The notes under the pieces are model-generated. The model saw only the letters and a program-made list of their open reading frames with translations, had not been told where the DNA came from and did no database searches. A DNA stretch of 64,000 nucleotides from a virus. The stretch spans positions 1 through 64,000 of IMG/VR virus record IMGVR_UViG_3300047444_000577. One strand, given 5' to 3'. Position 1 is the stretch's first letter. Every line of letters begins with the position of its first letter. Positions 9,020 to 17,079 of this stretch are shown here, one piece after another. The position numbers were made by a program, and so were the translations under genes.

Positions 9020-9295
9020 TTATCCGCCGATGGTTCGGTAGGGGTTCTTGTCGATCCACTGCCGCTGGTCGTATGTCTGGCTCGACGCACCGTTGGGTGT
9101 CGGGGCGGTCCCTCCGCCAATGCGCCGCCGGTCGTAGTCGCCAGTGGACAGGCCGTTGCTGGAACCGCGCACCTGCGCCTGGTCGAAAACCGAGGTCGCA
9201 CCGAAGGAAACCGGCTGGACCGGTGCGGACGGATACTTTGTCTCCATTGCACCGGCTGAGAATGAGCCGACGCGACCGTCCGCTACACCATCCAT
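9020..9295 (-). CDS. Hypothetical protein (91 aa)
   Basis: ATG at 9295 after GGAGG. Confidence 0.6.
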   Translation of the reverse strand: MDGVADGRVGSFSAGAMETKYPSAPVQPVSFGATSVFDQAQVRGSSNGLSTGDYDRRRIGGGTAPTPNGASSQTYDQRQWIDKNPYRTIGG

Positions 9296-9356
9296 TTTCG
9301 CCTCCACAGGATCACCCTCCAGTGTAAGTACGGAGGGGATAACTCTGGGAATTGCG

Positions 9357-9653
9357 TCAGTGCACGAGAATGCGCAGCGTCAGGGCGCTGATCTCTCCGT
9401 CGGGCATCTGCACGGTGGTGAAACCGGGGCGGCAGTCGAGGACGATTCCCCGAGGTGCCACGAAACTGTTGGCGATGGCGATGGCCTTCATGGACTGGTT
9501 CACCGCACCGGCTCCGATGGCGCGCAGGGTCACCCGCTTCCCGTCGTAAACGGCATGCGAGATCGCGCTGGCCAGACTGGCGGCAGAGGACGAGGACTTT
9601 ACCCGCAGGGTGGCCTCGTTACCGCCCCCCTCGTCGTCGATTTGAACAACCAT
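9357..9653 (-). CDS. spoVS: SpoVS-family (Alba-like) protein
   Basis: LRVKSSS..SLASAI...LRAIGAGAVNQSMKAIAIA matches the SpoVS signature IGAGAVNQAxKAxAIA. Confidence 0.8.
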   Translation of the reverse strand: MVVQIDDEGGGNEATLRVKSSSSAASLASAISHAVYDGKRVTLRAIGAGAVNQSMKAIAIANSFVAPRGIVLDCRPGFTTVQMPDGEISALTLRILVH

Positions 9654-9722
9654 TGGTGTCTCCTGTTATTCCGAGTAGCATCTTTTCGAGAATACGGTCG
9701 GACAGGAAAGCCGTGATAATGA

Positions 9723-9761
9723 CAGCAGGCCCCGGGGTTGGCAATCACCCGGGGCCTGCTG
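9723..9761. terminator. Stem-loop after Endo VII gene
   Basis: CAGCAGGCCCCGGG...CCCGGGGCCTGCTG 14-bp stem. Confidence 0.6.
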
Positions 9762-9773
9762 CGTATCTAGTTG

Positions 9774-10208
9774 TTACTCCGGCGCGTAGAAGGTGCCGAT
9801 GGCCAGAGCGGGAGGGTTCAGGAGGTAGTCCTTGGCCCGGTCGAAGAACTGCGGGTCGTCGCGAGCATGGCCGAGCAGGGTGTTGCACGGTCGGCAGAGC
9901 AGCCCGCGCACGATCAGGGTCTTGTGGTCATGGTCGACCGACAGTTTCCTGGTCTTCCCCGTTGCCCGCCGACAGAGGGGGCAACGGCCGTCCTGGTGGG
10001 CGTAGATCCGGTCGTAGTCCCCGTCCCCGAGCCCGTAGACCCTCTGGGATCGTTTCTCGTGAGCGGCCTTCTTGCGCCGGTCTCTCTCCTCGCGCCAGTG
10101 GGTGGCGCATCGGGGTCCGGGGTTGGGGGCGGGCCTGCGCTGCCGGGCAGGTGGTGGGAAGCCTCCCCACTCGGCAGCGCAGTCCTTGCAGACCTTTGGC
10201 TCCGTCAC
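9774..10208 (-). CDS. Recombination endonuclease VII family nuclease
   Basis: QDGRCPLC...LSVDHDH...VRGLLCRPCNTLLG. Confidence 0.85.
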   Translation of the reverse strand: MTEPKVCKDCAAEWGGFPPPARQRRPAPNPGPRCATHWREERDRRKKAAHEKRSQRVYGLGDGDYDRIYAHQDGRCPLCRRATGKTRKLSVDHDHKTLIVRGLLCRPCNTLLGHARDDPQFFDRAKDYLLNPPALAIGTFYAPE

Positions 10209-10534
10209 TCGTCCGGTAGGTCTTCGAACATGGGGAGCCGGACGCCCTGGGCGACCCAGCCCTTGTCAGGCCGGTTCTTGAGGATCCCGTACACCGCCCA
10301 GTAGCAGTTCGTCGGCACCTCCAGCGGCCCACGCCCGAAGGCCGCTACCGAGACCCCGTCGATGTGCTGGTAGCGGATCTCGGGGATCTTCTCCCACAGG
10401 GAGACCTCGGTGCCGTAGCGCTCCAGCATGAGAGCCAGCGCCTGCTTCTTCTCCTCCGGCGTGGGGTGTCCCCAGTAGCCCCAACCCACCTCATAGATGG
10501 GTCGTGCGGTGGTCGCATCGTGAAGGTTGCTCAT
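10205..10534 (-). CDS. Hypothetical protein (109 aa)
   Basis: ATG at 10534 after GAGAGG; overlaps the next start. Confidence 0.6.
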   Translation of the reverse strand: MSNLHDATTARPIYEVGWGYWGHPTPEEKKQALALMLERYGTEVSLWEKIPEIRYQHIDGVSVAAFGRGPLEVPTNCYWAVYGILKNRPDKGWVAQGVRLPMFEDLPDE

Positions 10535-10544
10535 GCCGCCCCTC

Positions 10545-11171
10545 TCAGGCCTGCGCGAGGATGTTGTGGACGGTGGTATGAAGCGTGTTGAGGTCACCGT
10601 TGTTGTTCAGGTGCACGTCGAACCACCTGTCCGGGAGGGGCTTCTCCGACCGGTGGTCGTTGACCGCGCCGTAGCCGGGCCGCTCGACCTTGATGAGCAG
10701 CGCGAGGTTCTTGTCCAGGGCCTGGTGTTCGTTCTCGAAGCGCAGGTCAGTGAAGACGTACCGCTTCTCGGGGTTCAGGTTCTTGAAGGCGGCGTTGACC
10801 CACACGTCCTGGGAGATCAGTTCTCGGCCGACCTCGGTGCCGAGGACCTGGAGCATGCGGCGGATCTCGCCGTCGAGGCTGCGCTTGGCCTCTTCCCAGC
10901 CGATCTCGTCCACGATGTCCTTGACGCGGAACTCGCGGCCGTAGGAGTCGCATCGGACGATGGGGTTGAGGATGTAGAGGGCGTTGCGCAGGACGTCGGC
11001 GAAGGCGCGGCGCTCGTAGCCGTACTCGGCCAGGATCTTGGCGATGGCGTCCTTGCCCGTGCCCGGGTAGCCGTGCAGGCCGACGAGCCTCGGCAGCCGG
11101 TCCAGGATGACGTCCTGGCGGAAGGCCTTGTTCAGGGCCGCGTCGGTGATGGTGGCGGTGTTGGTGGTCAA
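10545..11171 (-). CDS. Deoxynucleoside monophosphate kinase
   Basis: P-loop GYPGTGKD, AFAD, RRMLQVLGTEVGR, TDLRFENE. Confidence 0.85.
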   Translation of the reverse strand: MTTNTATITDAALNKAFRQDVILDRLPRLVGLHGYPGTGKDAIAKILAEYGYERRAFADVLRNALYILNPIVRCDSYGREFRVKDIVDEIGWEEAKRSLDGEIRRMLQVLGTEVGRELISQDVWVNAAFKNLNPEKRYVFTDLRFENEHQALDKNLALLIKVERPGYGAVNDHRSEKPLPDRWFDVHLNNNGDLNTLHTTVHNILAQA

Positions 11172-11611
11172 CGCAGTTCCTCAGTGGTGGTGTCGTTGGT
11201 GTCGGCAGTCGGGGGGTTCCACGGACCGACGGGGTGCTCGGCAGGCACCGGGTCGAGCCCCATGCTGCTGAGGGCGGTGTCCATGACCACGGGGATCTTC
11301 CACAGCGCCTGACGGGCCCGGACGACGTCCTCGTTGCGCGCGTTCTCCAACTGGACGAGCGTTTGGAACTGGCCATGCCAGCGGCCCGTCATCCAGTCGG
11401 TCTTGACGATGAGCGGAGTCACCGCAGTGACAAGGTTGGTCGCCTGGCTCTCGGTCTCCTTTACGCGTGCTTTCGCGGCGAGGAGTTCGATGCGGGTCAG
11501 CCGGTACTCGTCGGTCAGCGTTTCGAGTCGCTGCTGCAGCCGGTAGATGACCCATCCGCTGGCGGCGATGGCGCACAGGAAGACCCAGATGACTACGATT
11601 GCGGCGATCAC
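11168..11611 (-). CDS. Membrane-anchored coiled-coil protein
   Basis: N-terminal TM helix followed by a heptad-like region. Confidence 0.65.
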   Translation of the reverse strand: MIAAIVVIWVFLCAIAASGWVIYRLQQRLETLTDEYRLTRIELLAAKARVKETESQATNLVTAVTPLIVKTDWMTGRWHGQFQTLVQLENARNEDVVRARQALWKIPVVMDTALSSMGLDPVPAEHPVGPWNPPTADTNDTTTEELR

Positions 11612-12318
11612 GGGGCGACCCTTCCGTTGGCGTTCCAGGCGACGTAGGTGTGCGGGAAGTAGTTGGCGAACCGGTACTCCATGTGCCGCGCGACCATCTC
11701 GATCTCCCGCAGCGGGTAGGACGGGAAGTGCGCGTCCGCGTCCGTGGTGCGCAGGCTCAGGAAGTGCATGAGCGAGCGCGGGTTGCAGGTGGCGTAGAAG
11801 GAGGTGAAGAGGTTGAGCGGCAGGACGTTGCGGGCGACCTCCCTGGCGATTCCCGCGCGGAGCATCTGCTCGTAGGCTCCCCAGGCGACGTGGATTACCT
11901 CGTCGTTCACCCGGTCCAGCAACTCGTGCTGGTCAGGGGTGCCGGGAACGAAGGAGTACTCCCCCGGCTTGCCCTTCTGGCGCAGGTTTCGCTCCGGGCC
12001 GGGTACGTAGAAGACGGGCTCCAGTTCCTTGTACCGGCCGCTGGTCTCGTTGTAGGACCATCCGACGCGATGACGCATGAACTCTCGGGCCACGAAGATG
12101 GGGGCCTCGACCAGGAAGGTCATGGAGCCGTGTTCGAACGGGCTGCCGTGGCGGTTCTTCATCAGGTAGTTGATGAGTCCCTGGGCCTCCCCCGACTCCG
12201 CCGAAGCGGAGCCGAGGGTGGACACGCGGGCCGCCTTGCAGATCAGAGTGTCGCTCCCGGCCAGGGAGTCCGGTACGAGCGCCGCCGAGACGTCGGAGCG
12301 GGTCTTGAGGAGGGTCAC
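11608..12318 (-). CDS. thyX: FAD-dependent thymidylate synthase
   Basis: HGSPFEH and REFMRHRVGWSYNETSGRY (ThyX motif RHRx7SxR). Confidence 0.95.
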   Translation of the reverse strand: MTLLKTRSDVSAALVPDSLAGSDTLICKAARVSTLGSASAESGEAQGLINYLMKNRHGSPFEHGSMTFLVEAPIFVAREFMRHRVGWSYNETSGRYKELEPVFYVPGPERNLRQKGKPGEYSFVPGTPDQHELLDRVNDEVIHVAWGAYEQMLRAGIAREVARNVLPLNLFTSFYATCNPRSLMHFLSLRTTDADAHFPSYPLREIEMVARHMEYRFANYFPHTYVAWNANGRVAP

Positions 12319-12992
12319 TTGGACGCCTTCACCTGGCTCTTGGGCTTCTCATCGCCCTTGATCGTGACCTTGAAGTAGGAACCGGCCGCGACGTGGAACA
12401 GGATGATGCCCTCGGGGTCCATGAAGCCCGGTGCGATGAGGGAGCCTTCCGACTCCAAGGTATGAAGCGCGTCGTCGACAGCCGCGTTGAGGTACTGGCC
12501 GTCGAAGACCGAGATCACTGGGACCACGGTCACCTCCGGCGGCGCAGGCTTGGCCTTGGGGAAGGTCTCGGTGTACCTGTCGTCGATCTCGGGGTCGCGG
12601 ACGTCGTACCAGCGGTCGACGTTGAACAGCGCGAAGCGCTTCTCACTCAGGCCGTAGCCGGTCTGGATGCCGGAGCCGAACCACTCGCCGTAGTGCTTGC
12701 CGACGCCTAGCGCGACCAGTCCCTCAGCGTTGGCCCAGACCCAGGCCGCGAAGCCGAAGTTGTCGTTCTCGGGGCTGAGCCAGCGGTTGCGGCTACCCGC
12801 CCTGACTGCGTAGGCAGTGCCGTTCGCGAATACCAGTCGCTTCGGGATGTTGGGGTCCTGCGCCGCTCCGTCGGCCTCGACGATATCGATCAGGCCGTTG
12901 GTGCCGTTGATCTTCTCGGTCGCGATGACCCTGCGGTGGAGCCGTGGGATGGGCCGGAACTTGGGGTAGGTCTCGGTAGAGGTGTGCGTCAT
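12315..12992 (-). CDS. RNA ligase (Rnl2-like)
   Basis: ATEKINGTN (motif I), GSRNR, YGEW, FALFN, PEGII. Confidence 0.75.
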   Translation of the reverse strand: MTHTSTETYPKFRPIPRLHRRVIATEKINGTNGLIDIVEADGAAQDPNIPKRLVFANGTAYAVRAGSRNRWLSPENDNFGFAAWVWANAEGLVALGVGKHYGEWFGSGIQTGYGLSEKRFALFNVDRWYDVRDPEIDDRYTETFPKAKPAPPEVTVVPVISVFDGQYLNAAVDDALHTLESEGSLIAPGFMDPEGIILFHVAAGSYFKVTIKGDEKPKSQVKASK

Positions 12993-13000
12993 GTGGTGGG

Positions 13001-13450
13001 TCAGTCCCTCTCGTAGGCTTCGAAGGCGGTTATGGGGACTCCGAACCGGTAGTCCTCACCGTTCCTCACGGTGCGCCTGCTTAGTATTGCTTTCTTCTTA
13101 TCGGTTCGCAAGACCATTTCACGATCGGTATCTACGAACTCGATCCACTCGGCCGCACCCAGGGCTCGGTTCCACTCGTCGACGTCGTACAGGACGTAGT
13201 CCTCGTTGCGCGCGTCCTTCTGGGTCACACCGCTGTGCTGGTACAGGCGCAGCATCCAGTCCAGCTTGCCGACGGCGTAGCGGCGGTCGCCGCGCTGGAC
13301 GGTGATGGTGTCCTTGTGGTGGCTCAGCAGGGTGCGCGGGGCTCCCGTAGGGGCCTGCCCCCTCCAGGTCCACGGTGGGCGCGGCTGCTGGAAGGGGGCG
13401 ATCTCCGGGATGGGTTCGGCTTCGGTGTAGCGGCGGCGTACGGTCCTCAC
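13001..13450 (-). CDS. Hypothetical protein
   Basis: GTGA overlap with the upstream stop; fills the gap. Confidence 0.55.
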   Translation of the reverse strand: MRTVRRRYTEAEPIPEIAPFQQPRPPWTWRGQAPTGAPRTLLSHHKDTITVQRGDRRYAVGKLDWMLRLYQHSGVTQKDARNEDYVLYDVDEWNRALGAAEWIEFVDTDREMVLRTDKKKAILSRRTVRNGEDYRFGVPITAFEAYERD

Positions 13451-13956
13451 GCGGACCACCTGCTCGCGCGGGAGTCGCGGTCGGATCGGCCGACCCGGCG
13501 GGTCAGTTCACGGCTGAGCAAAGTGGCCCTCCGGTCGGCTGAGTCGTAGATGGTCTGGAGCATGCGCCGGTAGGCGAAGGCGGTCTGCTTGTCCTCCTGG
13601 GCCTTGACGTACTCGGGGTCCTCGAAGGCCCGCGCCTTGGCCGCTGTCACTGTCTTCTCGGAGGCGTTCTTGACGGCGGATAGGGCCTTATGGCGTTCGA
13701 GTGTGTCGGCGCACGACTTTTCGTCCACCTCCGCTGCCGCCAGTCGTCCCCCCGTGTACTCCACCCACGACGACATCCTCGTGAACAGCGACATCAGCGC
13801 TCCGTCGCTTAGTTCGGTGGGATCCTCCGGCAGTTCGGGGACGTCTCCCTCCGGCCTCGGCGGCAGGTACAGGTCCTCCCGCTCCAGTCGCCGGGTCGCC
13901 CTCTGGGAGGGTGTCTGCACCGCGTCCCAGCCCTTGCGCGCTACTGCTCTCGGCAT
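13447..13956 (-). CDS. Helical/coiled-coil hypothetical protein (169 aa)
   Basis: ATG after GGGAG; recombination-gene context. Confidence 0.7.
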   Translation of the reverse strand: MPRAVARKGWDAVQTPSQRATRRLEREDLYLPPRPEGDVPELPEDPTELSDGALMSLFTRMSSWVEYTGGRLAAAEVDEKSCADTLERHKALSAVKNASEKTVTAAKARAFEDPEYVKAQEDKQTAFAYRRMLQTIYDSADRRATLLSRELTRRVGRSDRDSRASRWSA

Positions 13957-14872
13957 CGCTCTCCCAGCATGTCGATTTGAACGGACACTCCTTGCAGACG
14001 GCCCTGTCCTGCCCGGTGTGCTCCGGTCGCGGTGGTGGTTTGCCCTTCTTCAAGGCGTACTTGATGTCGAGAGCCGACTCCAGGAGGGGGGCCGAGATCT
14101 CGGGGTTGTACTGGATGGAGAACTCTTTGTGCGCCTGGTTGGCCTTGTACTCGTAGAGGAAGATCACCTTGTCGAAGGGCAGCCCCATCTCCTTGCACAG
14201 CGCGAGGTAGATCTGGGTCTGCCGGATGTGGCTGCCGAAGGGTCGGCGAAGGTCCTTCCACAGCCCGTCGGTGTCGATGACGGTCTTGCCGTCCTCAGTC
14301 TTCACGGTGTACTTGCGCAGCAATTCGGGGTTATCGAATCGGACCGTGCCATTGCCGATGCTCTTGACCTCGACCAGTGCGTCCAGGTCCTCGACCGCAC
14401 CGTCCTCGTGCCCGGCGATGAGGTACTTCTCCTCCGCCTCCAGGGGCACCTCGCGGTACTCCAGGAAGTGGTTCTCGAATCCGGTGGTGTTGTAGCACTC
14501 ATCGCAGGTCTTCTGACCACCTGTGCCGATCTCCGAGTAGCCGCAGGTCGGGCAGACCCACTTGCCCCACAGGCGGCCCATCTGCTGCAGCCACTTCTGC
14601 CACTTGAAGTGGATCGCGTGGCCCTCTTCGAACACCGTCTCCAACTGCGCGGAGAACTTGCGGTTGCTCTCGGGGGTGGCCCCCGCCAGCCTGTAGTAGG
14701 TCGAGCGGGGGCACCAGTCGGACTTGGCCATCTCGGACGGGTGGATGATGTCCTGCCGCCGGTCGGTGGGCTTGTCGTGCTCGGCGAGCAGGTGGGCGTG
14801 GATGTCGCCGAGGAGGAGGGTCTTACTCTTCTTCGTGTCCGCCAGGGAGGCGATCCGGCCCGTCGGTTTCAG
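13688..14872 (-). CDS. Cas4-like PD-(D/E)xK exonuclease
   Basis: HPSE...WCPR, EGHAIH, GHEDG...VEVKS, QTQIY, CKECPFKSTC. Start uncertain (CTG at 14872 after GAGGAGG). Confidence 0.8.
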   Translation of the reverse strand: MKPTGRIASLADTKKSKTLLLGDIHAHLLAEHDKPTDRRQDIIHPSEMAKSDWCPRSTYYRLAGATPESNRKFSAQLETVFEEGHAIHFKWQKWLQQMGRLWGKWVCPTCGYSEIGTGGQKTCDECYNTTGFENHFLEYREVPLEAEEKYLIAGHEDGAVEDLDALVEVKSIGNGTVRFDNPELLRKYTVKTEDGKTVIDTDGLWKDLRRPFGSHIRQTQIYLALCKEMGLPFDKVIFLYEYKANQAHKEFSIQYNPEISAPLLESALDIKYALKKGKPPPRPEHTGQDRAVCKECPFKSTCWESDAESSSAQGLGRGADTLPEGDPATGAGGPVPAAEAGGRRPRTAGGSHRTKRRSADVAVHEDVVVGGVHGGTTGGSGGGRKVVRRHTRTP

Positions 14873-15254
14873 CGGCCTCCTCGTCGTCCCAGAAGTTGCT
14901 CGGGAGCCTCTCCGGCCACTCGCGTTCGAGGTCTTGCCGGGTGGGGGCACTGTCGAAACTCCAGAGTTCTCTCGGTATGAATCGCCGGATGTAGGCGCGC
15001 TCCAGTGCGTCGGTGCCGCCCCACGTGCCGTAGTGCTCGTTGTTGACCAGGGCGAAGGTCAGACACTGTTCGCGGAGCGGGCAGACGCGTTGGGTATAGG
15101 TGCCGTTGCAGATGTGCTTGGCCTGGGCCTCACTGCCCCCGCCGTCCCCGAAGAAGTCGTCGTGCTCGCGTGTCGGCGGGAACTTGAGGCAGGCAGCGGC
15201 ATTGTCGGGGTTGCCCGCGCCGTTCCATTCGGGGGCGGGGATTCGGAGCCTCAT
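14823..15254 (-). CDS. whiB: WhiB-family transcriptional regulator
   Basis: AAC...FF...AKHIC...CPLREQCL..AL...YGTWGG. Confidence 0.85.
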   Translation of the reverse strand: MRLRIPAPEWNGAGNPDNAAACLKFPPTREHDDFFGDGGGSEAQAKHICNGTYTQRVCPLREQCLTFALVNNEHYGTWGGTDALERAYIRRFIPRELWSFDSAPTRQDLEREWPERLPSNFWDDEEAAETDGPDRLPGGHEEE

Positions 15255-15601
15255 GACCACGGCAGGACCGCGTCTTCTTCGGAGCCCGGGTAGGCGAGTG
15301 CGTGCAGGGAGAGGAAGTGCTCCTCTGACATCGTGATCCAGGTCCTTCCGCTGGCCATCTGGATTCCGAAGAGCATTTCCCTGTCGTCGATCAGGGCCTG
15401 CTTCTCTGCGGTGATCAGTTCTGCGTCTTTGAGCGGGTACTGGCTCTTGCCGGTGATCTTGTACTCGGCGCTGTACTGCGGGGTCCTCACGTCGTTCTTG
15501 CGGACCCAGCCGTTTCCGCTACCGGCGTTCACCGTTCCGCCGAGGAGTCTCGCGGCCCGACGTTCCTGCCTCTGGCTCTTCTTCAACATGCTTTCCGCCA
15601 T
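15251..15601 (-). CDS. Holliday junction resolvase-like PD-(D/E)xK nuclease
   Basis: QERRAA...GSGNGW..KNDVR....AEYK. Confidence 0.6.
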   Translation of the reverse strand: MAESMLKKSQRQERRAARLLGGTVNAGSGNGWVRKNDVRTPQYSAEYKITGKSQYPLKDAELITAEKQALIDDREMLFGIQMASGRTWITMSEEHFLSLHALAYPGSEEDAVLPWS

Positions 15602-15737
15602 AAGCAGCCTCCAGGAGATCGGCGAGGACAGTGAACTTCTCGTGGGAGCGGTCCTGGCGGCGCGACTGGCGCAGGCCGAGGATGAGGATGTACAGGGCTG
15701 CGACACCCAGAAGGGCGGCGAGCACGGCCGCGATCAT
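15519..15737 (-). CDS. Small membrane protein
   Basis: ATGA overlap with the recA stop; N-terminal TM helix; 3' end overlaps the next gene. Confidence 0.5.
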   Translation of the reverse strand: MIAAVLAALLGVAALYILILGLRQSRRQDRSHEKFTVLADLLEAAYGGKHVEEEPEAGTSGRETPRRNGERR

Positions 15738-16927
15738 GCGGCCTCGGTATGAAGCGTCTCGGGGTCCGGCTCGGCTGCCTTCGATCGGCGGGTGACCTTC
15801 TTGGTGCCGGTGTTCTCGGCGGCCTCCAGGTCCTCCTCGGAGATGCTCCGCTCGTCGGCGTGGGTCGAGGCCTCAAGCACCAACTGGTAGACACGGTCCA
15901 GGAGTTCCGGGTCCTCGCGCAGCGCGGTGAGGGTGGTCTCCTTGCTGTGCCAGCGCAGTACCGGCTTGCCCTTGGCGTCGTACTCGCCGTTGTGGATCTC
16001 GTAGTACGCCCCGGCGCGCTTGAGGACGTCGAAGAGGATCCCCATGGTCATGATCTCTTTGGCGGTGTCGTACTCTCCGCGCCGGAAGTTCAGGTAGGGG
16101 GCGGACCGGAAGTAGGCGTCGATGGTCGCGATCTGCTGCGGGGCAGCGGACTTGTTCTTGATCGTCTTGACCTTGATGACCTGGCCGACGTTGACCTTGC
16201 CCTTGCCCGGCCGGGCCTCGACGATGAACATGTCGCGGCGGACCTCGACGCGGGTGTAGAAGGCGTAGTTCTTGGCGTTGCCGCCCGGCGTGGTCGTCGG
16301 GGTACCGTGCGGGCTGAACTTGCCGATGGCGTCTCGGTATTGGTTGATCACGATGCCTAGCATCGGCCGGTCGGTGGCGTCCGTCAGGGACCTCTTGGTC
16401 GCCGCGCCGCTCTTGCGGAAGAACTTGCCTGTCAGGCGTGCGCCGAGAGCCATGGTGGCCTCGTCCATGTCCTTTTCCGACTCCTCGTCCGGGATCAGTG
16501 CCGGGTAGGAGTCGAGGACGATCATGTCGACCGAGCGGGACGTGGCGAAGTCCAGCATGGTCTGGTAGGCGAACTCCATCGCCTGGGTCGGCACGACGAC
16601 TACGCGGTCGTTGTCGACGCCCAGGGCCTCGGCCTGGTCGGTGTCGTAGTGCTCGGCCGCGATCCACAGGCAGGTGAAGTCGGGGTCCTGCTTCTGGTTG
16701 GCTGCCAGGGTCTTGTAGACGACGAAGGTCTTGCCGTGGGACTCGCGTCCGATGACCTCGACCCACTGGTTGCCAGGCCAGCCACCGCCGAGGGCGATGT
16801 CGAGCGAGAGGGAGCCGGAGGTGAAACGCTTGGCCACCCTCATGTCGGAGGCGAAGCAGATGGTTCCCGCCCCCTGCTCCTTGTTGACCCTGGCGATGAG
16901 CGCGAGGGCGTCCTTGTTGATGGTCAA
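15734..16927 (-). CDS. recA: RecA/UvsX-like recombinase
   Basis: SGSLSLDIALGGG, Walker A GRESHGKT, IVLDS, INQYR, TTPGGNA. Confidence 0.92.
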   Translation of the reverse strand: MTINKDALALIARVNKEQGAGTICFASDMRVAKRFTSGSLSLDIALGGGWPGNQWVEVIGRESHGKTFVVYKTLAANQKQDPDFTCLWIAAEHYDTDQAEALGVDNDRVVVVPTQAMEFAYQTMLDFATSRSVDMIVLDSYPALIPDEESEKDMDEATMALGARLTGKFFRKSGAATKRSLTDATDRPMLGIVINQYRDAIGKFSPHGTPTTTPGGNAKNYAFYTRVEVRRDMFIVEARPGKGKVNVGQVIKVKTIKNKSAAPQQIATIDAYFRSAPYLNFRRGEYDTAKEIMTMGILFDVLKRAGAYYEIHNGEYDAKGKPVLRWHSKETTLTALREDPELLDRVYQLVLEASTHADERSISEEDLEAAENTGTKKVTRRSKAAEPDPETLHTEAA

Positions 16928-16986
16928 CAGGGGCCCCCGTAGGTATGAAGCGTCACGCAGCAGTACTCCTAATCCGATAAAGAAGA

Positions 16987-17027
16987 ACCGGTAGTTCCAA
17001 TACCATATCTGGCAGGGAACTACCGGT
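16987..17027 (-). terminator. Probable intrinsic terminator after RNR gene
   Basis: ACCGGTAGTTCC...GGAACTACCGGT stem followed by TCTTCTTT on the minus strand. Confidence 0.6.
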
Positions 17028-17079
17028 CCACCGAAGTATCAACTAGTTGATGAAGAACTTTCAGTTAGTACGGAGCAGG

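Noticed and set aside
13688-14872. Cas4-like gene as evidence for a CRISPR-Cas system
   Set aside because: No array or other cas genes; solo Cas4-like nucleases are common in phage recombination modules.
16951-17079. AT-rich intergenic region as a possible ncRNA, riboswitch or intron
   Set aside because: Only a terminator-like hairpin is evident, with no P/Q/R/S elements, cloverleaf or cobalamin-riboswitch features, and it lies downstream of nrdJ.
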